Part shown: positions 9,274 through 18,784 of the stretch, piece by piece | Position numbering within the stretch: position 1 is the first letter of the stretch | Layout of the letters: every line of letters starts with the position of its first letter | From: a virus | Lineage: Duplodnaviria; Caudoviricetes | Length of the DNA stretch: 57,698 bases | Reading direction: 5' to 3' (one strand) | IMG/VR virus record: IMGVR_UViG_3300018063_000014 | Coordinates: 1-57,698 of that record | Made by a program: the position numbers and the translations under genes | The notes under the pieces: model-generated | Told to the model about the DNA's origin: nothing | Seen by the model: only the letters and a program-made list of their open reading frames with translations | The model's database searches: none

Positions 9274-10628
9274 TAGCGTTTAATTCCGCGCAAATCTTCC
9301 ACCGGCACTTGACGTTGCTGATTTTCAACTCGTTGCTTTTCGAACTTGGTCCGCAACCCGGTCACAAACGCTCGTTGGCGCTCCGGCGACATATCGGACA
9401 CTTCGCGCAAACTCCTAGCTCTATCGGCCTCAAGCTGCTTACTACTCGCGCGCGGGAAAAACTCCCGATAGAGATCCTGGACTTCTTGGCGCGCGTCGAA
9501 CGTTGACTGCCGCTCTTTGATATCCGAGGTCGTAGTCAGCCGGTCCCGCAAGAATCGGAGTTCTCGAACCGCAGCTCGATAGTCTGGGGTCCGCACGTCT
9601 ACTTGTCCACCCTTCGACGCCGCAGTAAGTTTCCGCTCAGCCTCGGCAACATCGCTAAGCGTGTACCGTGCGCCCCTGTAAACGGGCGACATCGCATCTT
9701 CGACGACGGCCGTCTCGTAGGGATTCGCGGCCTTGAGCCCGATCTGCATTTTGATGAGACCGTTGACCTTCTCATCGTTCCAGCCGTAATACCGCGCGGT
9801 GTCTTTCAACTCGGCGATATCCAGCCGGCGCTCCGAAGCCTGAAGTTCGTAGCTGCGTTCCGCCGCCTCCGAAATGACTCTCATTTCTTGGGCGTCTTTC
9901 CGTGCGCGCGCATCGCCGACGCGGATCGAAATTTCTAGCGCCCGATTGACGGCGGTCGAATCACGCCCTTTGTACGCCCCTTCTTGCTGCTTACGGATGA
10001 ACTCAGCCGGTTGAGTCGCCGCTTCGAGATTCATGCTCTCCGCTTCGACCTTGCGGTTGAAATCCACTAACTCATCCGCCGCCTTTTCCCTCGTGAGATA
10101 ACGATTGCGCGCCATGCCTGCCACCAAATCGCCAAACATCCGGCCTGCGCCCCGCTGATTCTCATCGTCCGCTCCGATCGCGGATCGAAGTAATTGATCT
10201 TTGGCGACGGTGTAGTCTCCTGCGGCTTTGTCTTTAATTTTGAGATTGTATTGATGCCCGATATTGCCATTGATCTTGATCAAATCGTTGGAAAGCCCAG
10301 CCTCTACGAGTCGGCGCGCTCTCGGATTGCTCGCCGATTCTAAGCGCGTTTGGTACAGCTCGCGGGCTTTCGTAATTGTCGTTTCTTTGAACTCCGCCGG
10401 GTCGGAGATCGTGTCTACGGAGTTCTGCAAGTGCGCGTTTAACTCCGCCTGGCCATCGAGTACGGAGCGCGTAGCTTCGGCCTTGTCGGCTCCGTCCTGT
10501 AGGTGCTCAAACTTCTCGCCAAGATGCTCCAACCCCTTGCCGATATAGCTTGCGCCCGGCGTCGGCACGCGGAGCTGCCCGGAATCGAGTCTTGGGACTT
10601 GTGGCTGTATGCGAAGCAATTCGGGCAT
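9273..10628 (-). CDS. Internal virion protein (T7 gp15-like position)
   Basis: Helical, charged; start MPELLRIQPQVP just after the upstream stop. Confidence 0.65.
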   Translation of the reverse strand: MPELLRIQPQVPRLDSGQLRVPTPGASYIGKGLEHLGEKFEHLQDGADKAEATRSVLDGQAELNAHLQNSVDTISDPAEFKETTITKARELYQTRLESASNPRARRLVEAGLSNDLIKINGNIGHQYNLKIKDKAAGDYTVAKDQLLRSAIGADDENQRGAGRMFGDLVAGMARNRYLTREKAADELVDFNRKVEAESMNLEAATQPAEFIRKQQEGAYKGRDSTAVNRALEISIRVGDARARKDAQEMRVISEAAERSYELQASERRLDIAELKDTARYYGWNDEKVNGLIKMQIGLKAANPYETAVVEDAMSPVYRGARYTLSDVAEAERKLTAASKGGQVDVRTPDYRAAVRELRFLRDRLTTTSDIKERQSTFDARQEVQDLYREFFPRASSKQLEADRARSLREVSDMSPERQRAFVTGLRTKFEKQRVENQQRQVPVEDLRGIKR

Positions 10629-10630
10629 TA

Positions 10631-11065
10631 CTAAGGCCCTTTCATAATCCAAGCCGATTTATAGAACGCCGGTTCATGATTTGCAGAATTATGCGCACCA
10701 TGAGAATCAACCGTAATGACGCCGTGAGTGTGCCCTGTCACGGCATTGACTAGACCGATAAGTAGATTAAAAACACCAGTTGTATGATCCCCTGGACCTA
10801 CAACGACATGATCCGGGTGAGTCGTATGTGTATGAGTCACCCCGCCTCCCGTTGCGCCGGGATTTTCAGCGGCCCCTACGTTTTTGATAAATTTATCTCT
10901 CAAGTCTGGCGTTCCGTTCGTGCCGTCGCATAAAAACCAACGACTCGGAATCTGATTAAGGGGTTTTCCCCAAGCTACTATTGTTCCTTCGGGTACAGCC
11001 GACATCGATAATAAATCTAACTTTCGGGACAGTTGCTGCGCATTATAAAATCTGGGTCTACTCAC
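10631..11065 (-). CDS. Tail collar domain protein
   Basis: VPEGTIVAW...IPSRWFLCDGTNGTPDLRDKFI and His-x-His repeats. Confidence 0.85.
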   Translation of the reverse strand: MSRPRFYNAQQLSRKLDLLSMSAVPEGTIVAWGKPLNQIPSRWFLCDGTNGTPDLRDKFIKNVGAAENPGATGGGVTHTHTTHPDHVVVGPGDHTTGVFNLLIGLVNAVTGHTHGVITVDSHGAHNSANHEPAFYKSAWIMKGP

Positions 11066-11316
11066 TTATGGTGCCCGTCTTTCTTTTCGGTCTTCACTTT
11101 CTCTTGTTCGGCTTCTACCTTTGCCTGCAAAACATCCCGCTCTTTTTTCATTTCGATGTATTCGATTTCCACAAGCCGCATTTTAAGATTCAGATTTTCA
11201 AGGCGGAGCTTGTCCACTTCGCTTTGAGCGAAAGCGGGACTCATCAAAAAGCCAATCAAGGCCAAGAGCGACAAAGTGACTATAGTAAAGCAAATATTTT
11301 CAACTACAGATTTCAT
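11062..11316 (-). CDS. Small signal/TM plus coiled-coil protein
   Basis: MKSVVENICFTIVTLSLLALIGFLMSPAFA then charged heptads; TGATG overlap with the tail-fibre stop. Confidence 0.6.
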   Translation of the reverse strand: MKSVVENICFTIVTLSLLALIGFLMSPAFAQSEVDKLRLENLNLKMRLVEIEYIEMKKERDVLQAKVEAEQEKVKTEKKDGHHK

Positions 11317-12896
11317 CAGCAACTCCCGCCCGTCAAAAGCCCATGAGAAAAAATGAGCGTGCAATCGGAGGCCCCGCCTGCGGCTCGCACGGTTTTAGTC
11401 GCATTGATCGTCGCTGCCGCGTTAATGCTTAACGTGCCCCTGAATTGAAGCACGCTCCCTGTGTTCCCGATGTTCACCTGGTCGCTCCCTGTGTCCGCGA
11501 TGACTATATCCGCGCTGTCACCGCTATTACGGCTCTTGATCGTTACCCCGGTTGCCAATCTGATATCACCCGTCGCCGCTGGGATGACTCCGATAGAAAG
11601 CCCAGAACCTGGCGTTGTTAGGGCAAGGCGGAGCGCATTGCTTTCAATTTGCCCGCTGGTGGCCCCGACGCGAATATAGGAACTATTGGCATCGTTCCAC
11701 CGGATTTTACCTGTCGTTGCCCCAGCTTTAAGAATCAGTGCCGCATCGCTGATCGTCGTCGGAAAAGTAGCGAAATCCAAGCCCGCTGCCCAATCGCCGC
11801 CGCCTAAGCTGTACCCCACGGCAAGCCCCGCTGTTCCTGTCTGAGTTGCTGAAAAGGAGTACGCCTGAAGGGCTGGCGTTGTGGCGATAGTGGTTACTTG
11901 CCCCAAGATCGCGTTGATATTGGCATCGGAAGTCCCTACCGCCGCCGCGTGAGCATGGATACCGCGTAGGATGTGGCTGAACGTTCCCGCCGTTGCCGTG
12001 GTATCGACGTTGACCAGGATGCCCCGTACCCGATGATCACCATCGCCGTTATCGCTGTCCGTGAGACGAACATAGATTCCAGTCAGATTGCGCTGCGCCG
12101 CGCCTGAGGTTGTCGTTGCTAGCGTACCTTCGATCAGCATCCCATCGACGGCCTTGGTATCGGTAATCGACGTGACGGCACCTAAGTTGATGTATTGGCT
12201 CGCGCTGTGAGCGTTGGAGAGTAAATCATAGCTCGGCGTCGGCGTGGTGATCGTCAGTCTATTATTCGCGAACTTGAAAGCCTCGGAGCCCACAAGCGGA
12301 GTAGTTGTGCCAGCGCCAAAAGCCACTTGCCCGCTCGACAATCCCGTGCCGACAATGTTTACTAGAGTGACATTTTCCAACCCTGTGAGGTCGGACTTCC
12401 AGCGAACAAAGTTACCCGATACCGGATCGGGGATCGTCAAAGCCGAATAGGTAGATTTCTCTCCAAGCAAAAGAGTCCGCTGAGCGCGCTCGGCGAGCAT
12501 TTGCCCGACCATCGTCTGCTTGTCGAAATCGCGCATGACGGTGAGCGCGTTATAGGCAGAATTGGCCGTGTAGTTGGTAAGCTGAGAGACCGGCTGATTG
12601 CGCATTAGCGTCACAGGCAAACCGTTCGCGGGTGCGGTGACAAAAGTAACGGTTCCGCCGTTGGATGCGCCTACCCCTGACACCGAGTAATGAGTCGATA
12701 GAGTTTGAACAACGCCGTTGACAAGAACCTTGATGTCGGCTGACGAGAGAATTTTGAAATTGTAGGTGTAGGCCGTCGCGCTGCCATTGCCGACGTAGCG
12801 ATCTTCGCTGCCATCGAAAACCACCGTGGCGGGTGCCAAAGTAGGAAAAAGCGGGATGCAAAAACTTAGGAACAACGCCAAGAATAGATTTCTCAT
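11316..12896 (-). CDS. Tail fibre with T7 gp17-like N-terminal adaptor domain, preceded by a signal-peptide-like segment
   Basis: YVGNGSATAYTYNFKIL...HYSVSGVG...GGTVTFVTAPA...LMRNQP...DFDKQTM is the podovirus fibre adaptor; G/T/A-rich distal part. Confidence 0.85.
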   Translation of the reverse strand: MRNLFLALFLSFCIPLFPTLAPATVVFDGSEDRYVGNGSATAYTYNFKILSSADIKVLVNGVVQTLSTHYSVSGVGASNGGTVTFVTAPANGLPVTLMRNQPVSQLTNYTANSAYNALTVMRDFDKQTMVGQMLAERAQRTLLLGEKSTYSALTIPDPVSGNFVRWKSDLTGLENVTLVNIVGTGLSSGQVAFGAGTTTPLVGSEAFKFANNRLTITTPTPSYDLLSNAHSASQYINLGAVTSITDTKAVDGMLIEGTLATTTSGAAQRNLTGIYVRLTDSDNGDGDHRVRGILVNVDTTATAGTFSHILRGIHAHAAAVGTSDANINAILGQVTTIATTPALQAYSFSATQTGTAGLAVGYSLGGGDWAAGLDFATFPTTISDAALILKAGATTGKIRWNDANSSYIRVGATSGQIESNALRLALTTPGSGLSIGVIPAATGDIRLATGVTIKSRNSGDSADIVIADTGSDQVNIGNTGSVLQFRGTLSINAAATINATKTVRAAGGASDCTLIFSHGLLTGGSC

Positions 12897-12898
12897 GG

Positions 12899-13423
12899 TT
12901 ACGTCCAACTCGATTCGAGATCCTTCATGCTGGGGAATTTATATGTCCCGGTGCCCCTTGTTTTCTTGTACCAGTCGCCCATCACCGACGAGCCGATTTG
13001 CGCCGCGCCACCAATCGCCATACCCGGAATCGCTCGCCGCTGAAAATGCGCGCCTAATCTCGCTTGGTACGCACGCGATTTTCCAGAATACGTCTCTAGT
13101 TCTTCGTTCATGCCCTGCTCAAACGCATTCGCTAGTTCGATTTCCAGGGGACTCCCGGAAAACGGATCGACACCGGCCCCAGCGGCTACGGCTCTGTTGC
13201 GCCCGATAACTTGTCGATATCGCCTTTGGCTCGCTTCGCGCGTCAGCCGAGTCTCTTCATTGATAAGAGCGGCTTGCTCTTCGCCCAGTTTCGCCTGCGC
13301 GTCGGCTTGCTGGATCGCACTACCAACCTGCGCGGCTGTACCAACAGCCTGTAGCGTTGTGGCGCCATACTCACTGGCCCATTCCCCCAAGCTGGTAAGA
13401 AACGACGCGCCGTAGTCACCCAT
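12899..13423 (-). CDS. Internal virion protein (T7 gp14-like)
   Basis: A/Q/G-rich, RAVAAGAGVD..SGSPLEI motif, position after the gp13-like gene. Confidence 0.75.
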   Translation of the reverse strand: MGDYGASFLTSLGEWASEYGATTLQAVGTAAQVGSAIQQADAQAKLGEEQAALINEETRLTREASQRRYRQVIGRNRAVAAGAGVDPFSGSPLEIELANAFEQGMNEELETYSGKSRAYQARLGAHFQRRAIPGMAIGGAAQIGSSVMGDWYKKTRGTGTYKFPSMKDLESSWT

Positions 13424-13802
13424 TCTTTGCCCACCCGTAACGAGCTATCGGTAGTCGTTCAAATCCCAACATTTCCAGCCACCGGCAGAACTTGGGATCG
13501 TCGCTCGTCTCGGCTTGTACTATTTCAGCCTTGATCAAATCCCTGATTATCGGGTATCGCCATTTGATTTCGCGTGTCAGTTTGCGCATCAAAAGCTTGC
13601 TTTGCCTAACCTCGGGCATCATCACAACCCATGCAAAGAACTCACGCCCCGTTACGCGGCCTAAGCCAGCGGCGGCAACGGGTTCGTCATTTAGCAAGTA
13701 GACGTAGCCCGGACCCGACAGCCGCCGTGAGTTCAACAGGCTGTCCATCTGCCCCATGCGCTCAAGTTGGTAAACGCTCAGCGGCGCGACCACGGTGTTC
13801 AA
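13416..13802 (-). CDS. GNAT-fold gp13-like virion assembly protein
   Basis: PVAAAG...AW...RWLEMLGF motif directly after the nozzle gene. Confidence 0.7.
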   Translation of the reverse strand: MNTVVAPLSVYQLERMGQMDSLLNSRRLSGPGYVYLLNDEPVAAAGLGRVTGREFFAWVVMMPEVRQSKLLMRKLTREIKWRYPIIRDLIKAEIVQAETSDDPKFCRWLEMLGFERLPIARYGWAKNG

Positions 13803-16324
13803 CTTGCCGCGTCTCCAAACGCTACTTGACCGGAAATCCCCAAAATGGTCATAGGGTAGGGTCGATCCTGTAGAATCGTGAATGCGCCGTCATATGGGTC
13901 ATCTGTTTCAAGGTTCTCCATCTTGAGAAGGCCCGTATACATTCGTGAGCCACCTTCCCGCTTCTTTAGAGGTTTGCCGTCAATTTTGCCGCCGATGGTA
14001 TTTTTTACCCTGACATGAACATACGGCCATGAGCGTTTGAGCCCTTCCGTTACTTCGCCAGCGACAACGGGCCGGAGTGGTGTAAGGGTCGAATCGTAGT
14101 GCAAGCCGACCTCATAGATCGTATCGGCGTCGGGTACTTCCCCGGCGTCGGCATCGAGCGTTATGACGCCACCGGCTGACACAGTTTTTTGTGCTATCGC
14201 GGTATCACCGATAATGACATCAACGACCGTGTTGGGTAGATGCGTGATGCCGGTAATCGTGGTCGCGCCCGCAAGAAGCGTTCCCACCTTGGCGCAATCG
14301 GTTTGCAGACCGGCCCATTTCACATCGGAGAGTACGCCACTGGCGTTTTTGCTCTGTGTTACTCTAGTCTGTAAAGCGGGAGAATCGTCTTCGAAGTATT
14401 CCCAAAACCGTTTTACAACCGCGTTGATCGTCCGCTTCACCACGACATAAACCGTAAGGCGTTTCCCGTCCTCGTGCGGCACAACAGCCACGCTTTCAAT
14501 CTCATCGCCTGCTCTAGTTTTCGTTCGTGACCACGATTTTACTTCTTCGCGCGGCTTGAAGGTCAAGTTGGCGAGTTGCCCATTCTCCAGGGGAGTAAAG
14601 ACGAGCGAGAAGGGCTTTTTCGCATAGGCGGGTCGATGCACCGCGAATCCCATGTCTCCGATATGCCGGGAGAACAAAGTTAAGTCGGTTGAGACGAACG
14701 CGCTTGCGTCTGGTGAGTCGTTCAGCGAATAGGCCATCTGCACAACGTCTTGACCGAATCTCTGAAGCAGCAAAATCGCGTTGTCCACGACAAGCGGTTG
14801 AACGTGCGCGGACCCTACTTGATCAATGGGAGCGACGAACGGGGTCTCGCTGCCACCGATAGGCTTATCGACTCCCTGCCCGCGCGCGGCATGCTCTTTT
14901 TTCGCATCGCCGATATAAAGAGAAATGAGTGAGACTAGCCATTGAATCGGGTTCTGCTGCCCGCCTTGAATCGTGTACTCGTAGGCGTTGTCCGCGATAG
15001 AGCCAACAGCAAAATTGTATATGTTGTCGATATCTGATCCGTTGAAAGTGGTGGGCTGACTCGGGGGGCCGCCAAACACAAGTCTACCGCCATGAATCGT
15101 CAATGTACGAGGTCTTCCCCTCGTTGCGCTCCAAGACGATTCCTCCAATCGCCACGATCCCTCGGGCGCGGCAGCCGGATTAGCGTCGGGCGATTCATCG
15201 AGCACGCTCAAAATGGTTCCCGTCATGCTGGTTGCACTGTTCCAGGCGGTAATTTTTATTAGGCCGCCATAGACTTTGATAAATTTGCTTACATAGGCAG
15301 CTCTGAACGCATTCACCCCGGCCACTATGGCAACCTGGGTTCCTACGGGCTCTTTTCTGTCCACGTCTAGGGTGGTCCGAGGCGACAAATGCAGCAGCCA
15401 TGCCCCGGCGGCGAATCCGGCGGTCCAATCATACGCAACCGGCGCGGCCTGATCGACGCTGAAAGCGGCATCGATGGTGAAAGTATCGGCTCCGCCTACT
15501 GCGGTTATCTGGCGAATTTCTGTCGCCTGAGCCCCGGCTGTGAGAATCACGAATTGATTGACGCTGCGCCCGTGGCCGGTGCTCGTGACCGCCGTGCCTA
15601 CGCTCGTCAAGGTCTTGCCGCTCGCCGTAATGGTCGCCGCGAAGGCGTCTAAAACATTGACCGTAACTTGTCGCGCCGAATCTAGCGCCGTAATTATTCC
15701 CCGGCCAGTTCCCGCGATGAGCTGCCGACCCACATCGCCGGCAAGAAATTGATCCGTACCGACTCTGAATTTAATAGCTGCCCCAGTGTTCGCGTTCGGT
15801 GCCCCTATCACCCCAAGGCTTTCATCCGCCTCGAAAGACGGCGGAGGATCTGCGTTGAAATTGCCGATTGTCCAATTATTGTCCGCTACGCGCGCGAGTT
15901 TTTGAATATCTAGCGCCGAGTTTAGACTTGTCATGAAAAGAAAATCCGATGCCTGTTCGTAGTGGATATCCCGCAAGTCTGCGGTGGCGTAGGGCTGGAC
16001 GAGTTCATAAGGAACGCCCGGCGAACTTTCGATATAGGCCCGATTCTTGATAAATCGAATCTTCCCGTCGCCGAACAAAAGCACGAAGGCGTCATCGACT
16101 GAACGTTCAAACGGGATCATCATCGTAAATTCGTTCGAGTCTTGAACCTCACCGCCAAACATCAATCCTGGTCTCCTGGTGCCACCGCCTTCGGGCAGAC
16201 CCCACCAGTTTTCAAATACGAGAATTCCGTTGGCCCTTTTTGCAACGTCGGGTCGAGCCTCGACATAATCGCTCACCTCGCCTTGCGAAAAGTTGGTCTG
16301 ATAGTTAGGAGCCTTTTTCGACAC
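13799..16324 (-). CDS. Tail tubular protein B (nozzle)
   Basis: QTNFSQGEVS...EGGGTRRPG N-terminus; QDRPYPMTILGI C-terminus; 841 aa. Confidence 0.9.
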   Translation of the reverse strand: MSKKAPNYQTNFSQGEVSDYVEARPDVAKRANGILVFENWWGLPEGGGTRRPGLMFGGEVQDSNEFTMMIPFERSVDDAFVLLFGDGKIRFIKNRAYIESSPGVPYELVQPYATADLRDIHYEQASDFLFMTSLNSALDIQKLARVADNNWTIGNFNADPPPSFEADESLGVIGAPNANTGAAIKFRVGTDQFLAGDVGRQLIAGTGRGIITALDSARQVTVNVLDAFAATITASGKTLTSVGTAVTSTGHGRSVNQFVILTAGAQATEIRQITAVGGADTFTIDAAFSVDQAAPVAYDWTAGFAAGAWLLHLSPRTTLDVDRKEPVGTQVAIVAGVNAFRAAYVSKFIKVYGGLIKITAWNSATSMTGTILSVLDESPDANPAAAPEGSWRLEESSWSATRGRPRTLTIHGGRLVFGGPPSQPTTFNGSDIDNIYNFAVGSIADNAYEYTIQGGQQNPIQWLVSLISLYIGDAKKEHAARGQGVDKPIGGSETPFVAPIDQVGSAHVQPLVVDNAILLLQRFGQDVVQMAYSLNDSPDASAFVSTDLTLFSRHIGDMGFAVHRPAYAKKPFSLVFTPLENGQLANLTFKPREEVKSWSRTKTRAGDEIESVAVVPHEDGKRLTVYVVVKRTINAVVKRFWEYFEDDSPALQTRVTQSKNASGVLSDVKWAGLQTDCAKVGTLLAGATTITGITHLPNTVVDVIIGDTAIAQKTVSAGGVITLDADAGEVPDADTIYEVGLHYDSTLTPLRPVVAGEVTEGLKRSWPYVHVRVKNTIGGKIDGKPLKKREGGSRMYTGLLKMENLETDDPYDGAFTILQDRPYPMTILGISGQVAFGDAAS

Positions 16325-16909
16325 TTATTCTTCCCGTATATCGTCGGTCAATTCAGTGGCGGTCATCTGCTCCTGCGAGCCCTCTTGCCCATCGACCGCC
16401 TTCGCGTCCAATAATTGCATCTGATAGAGCTTGTAGAGATCGCTGGACTTCGCCACGTCGGTATGGAATGCGGGCGCGAAACGGACAGCAAGATAAGTCA
16501 CGAAGGCTTGGTAGAATGCCCCATCCCAGATGTTCGGATCGATCTCCCATTTGATGCCCTGAATGATGACCGATGACTCGTCGCTCATGAGATTCCGGCC
16601 CTCAAGTTCCCAGATTGACCTGTCGCTGTTGTTCACTCGCACGACCCGGAAACAGTCAGCCGGTAAGGGGTACTGATAGGTCCAATCTGAGATTGGCGCG
16701 GCAGCACTCGCCACAAGCTCGACGCGAAACTTGGCGAAGTTCCAGATATGATCGCGGAGCATGGTTCGAAGAAGCGAGCCGAAATATTGTTTCGCCTTAA
16801 CAGCTACAGGGTCGGCGGTGTCGTCCAGGTCGGTTAAAAAATCCTTGCCAAGCTGGCCCAACGCTTCATTGGCCACATCGACCGGCGAAACATTGAAAGT
16901 AATTGCCAA
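16325..16909 (-). CDS. Tail tubular protein A (adaptor)
   Basis: VANEALGQLG...HIWNFAKFRVEL...WTYQYPLPADCFRV...AKAVDGQEG. Confidence 0.9.
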   Translation of the reverse strand: MAITFNVSPVDVANEALGQLGKDFLTDLDDTADPVAVKAKQYFGSLLRTMLRDHIWNFAKFRVELVASAAAPISDWTYQYPLPADCFRVVRVNNSDRSIWELEGRNLMSDESSVIIQGIKWEIDPNIWDGAFYQAFVTYLAVRFAPAFHTDVAKSSDLYKLYQMQLLDAKAVDGQEGSQEQMTATELTDDIREE

Positions 16910-16969
16910 CGGATTAACCCCCGGATAAAGAGACGGGGCCGATTGTCACGACCCCTTCCCGGTCAAGCC

Positions 16970-17728
16970 TTAATCGAAGGTGATGCCATCAAATACGGTA
17001 GCGAATGCCTTCGCATACCAAAGCGTCCCGTCACAGACTATCTCTACGCGGTCACCAATCACTGCCTTGGTCGCGACAAACGTGATCACGTCAACAGCCG
17101 TGCCGTTGGTCAAGTCGGGGTCGGTCGCGCTGTTCACGTCGCCGGTATAAACCTGCCCATGAATAATATTCTGAGTGGTTCCATTGGTCGTGATCGTGTA
17201 CGCCGTAGTAGGCGCCACCTTGACGACGATAGTGAAGAATAGGCCGGCGGCGGGCACTGGCAACTTGGTATCGAAGCCGCCAGCAGTCCCAAGGGTCAGG
17301 AGCTTGCCGGAGTCGGTAGCTACCAGTACCTTTGTTGCCGTAAGAGCCTCGACGGGGTAATTCAATACCGGCGCAGCCGGGAAATTGGCGAACCCAAGTT
17401 CCGGGATGTACGACAGCGTATCTCCAGCATTGAGCGTTGTCTTGTAGACCTCGTAGACCACGCCGCCGATAGACATTTGAACTGTTATCAGATTCGAGCT
17501 GGAGGCGTGTTTGTTGCGGATCGTTATGGAATGGACGAAGCGCTGCGCGGAGCCGCCCGGCATGGTCAGAATATCGTAGGTCGCCGCTGCAATGATCGCC
17601 GTTGCGACTCGGCCGGGCACTTCGAAACCATTAAAGGAATTATAATCTCTATAAGAGACAACAGCGTCGAGGGTAACGGCGGATGCACTGATGACTTGGA
17701 TTTTGTCATCTTGAGCCGATAGAATCAT
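16970..17728 (-). CDS. Probable head decoration/fibre protein
   Basis: 252 aa beta-rich, GDRVEIVCDGTLWY C-terminal motif; between capsid and tail genes. Confidence 0.65.
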   Translation of the reverse strand: MILSAQDDKIQVISASAVTLDAVVSYRDYNSFNGFEVPGRVATAIIAAATYDILTMPGGSAQRFVHSITIRNKHASSSNLITVQMSIGGVVYEVYKTTLNAGDTLSYIPELGFANFPAAPVLNYPVEALTATKVLVATDSGKLLTLGTAGGFDTKLPVPAAGLFFTIVVKVAPTTAYTITTNGTTQNIIHGQVYTGDVNSATDPDLTNGTAVDVITFVATKAVIGDRVEIVCDGTLWYAKAFATVFDGITFD

Positions 17729-17798
17729 AATAATTCTCCAGCGGAGTCTCTTGGGCGGGCCGCCTCCGACCCGCCCGGAGAGGTTTAAAAATCAGTTA

Positions 17799-18455
17799 CT
17801 ATGTAGCCAAGAGATTCACTACGCCCATGACTGTCCCAGCGGTCGCGAACGCCTCTGTGGTGTTCGTGACGCACAGGAATTGATCCGCCGTGGATACCAA
17901 GCCGAAGCTCAGGGCCACGGTCGCTCCAAGAGCAGAACCGGCAGCCGCCTCCCAGTCGGCTGCGGCGAGATACTCATCCACATCGATGATCGCGCCTAGC
18001 GTGATCCCATCGGTTGCCACGGCGTAAGTCCCGACCGCGCCGGTGGCTGTACCACCACCGCTGGTCAAGGCGCTGTGACGTTCAAGCCCGCCAACGAAGC
18101 GCTCGCCCTTGAACATCTTGCCGCACACCAAAACATCACCAATGTTACCGACAGGAAGAGAAAGGAATTCCCAGTAGAGAGCGCGCTGACGCCCACCGGC
18201 GATGTTGGGATTGTGGCGGCGGCCTGCGCGGGCCAGTGTCCAGGCATCGCTGTAGACCGTCGCGCCGCCCGCGACCAATAGAGAGCTTTGCGCCCTGATA
18301 GCCAACGCCACATCTTCCCAACTGGGATTCTTGGCACGCGGAGCGAATACCCCTGCCTGATACAGACCGCGCGCCCCGTTAGCCGCTTCCTTTGCGAACC
18401 AACCCCCACCGAGTTTGAAAGCCTTCTTTTGAGAAGGCATTAGAATCTTTTTCAT
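17799..18455 (-). CDS. Probable capsid cement/decoration protein with N-terminal extension
   Basis: Second gene after the capsid gene; jelly-roll-like G/A/T-rich C-terminal part. Confidence 0.6.
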   Translation of the reverse strand: MKKILMPSQKKAFKLGGGWFAKEAANGARGLYQAGVFAPRAKNPSWEDVALAIRAQSSLLVAGGATVYSDAWTLARAGRRHNPNIAGGRQRALYWEFLSLPVGNIGDVLVCGKMFKGERFVGGLERHSALTSGGGTATGAVGTYAVATDGITLGAIIDVDEYLAAADWEAAAGSALGATVALSFGLVSTADQFLCVTNTTEAFATAGTVMGVVNLLAT

Positions 18456-18523
18456 GTTAATTGCCTCTTTCCGGTCCCCGCTTTCGCGAGCATTGACCCT
18501 GGTAAATTGAGAACGTTAATTTG

Positions 18524-18769
18524 TTAGCTCACGCGCTCGATCGTTATCAAATATTCTTGATCGTCGGCCAATCCGAGACTGGCCGCTATCGTTCCGTACA
18601 AATTCTCCGGTGTCGCCGCATAGGTGATAACGGCCTGCGTTGCCTTAAGATGCGTCGGCCTCGCCTCGCTTTCATGGGCCGTGCTGGGAACGAGCGTGAT
18701 CGTGGTCGCATCTATGGCACTCTTCTTAAAGCGCTGAACTACTTTGCCTTCGGTTGCCGTTACTGCCAT
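18524..18769 (-). CDS. Small probable virion protein
   Basis: 81 aa, GGGAGG RBS, directly after the capsid gene. Confidence 0.7.
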   Translation of the reverse strand: MAVTATEGKVVQRFKKSAIDATTITLVPSTAHESEARPTHLKATQAVITYAATPENLYGTIAASLGLADDQEYLITIERVS

Positions 18770-18784
18770 TAGTGGATACCTCCC

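Noticed and set aside
17749-17782. GC hairpin between head genes as terminator
   Set aside because: Stem is real but lacks a U-tract on the coding strand; function unsupported.
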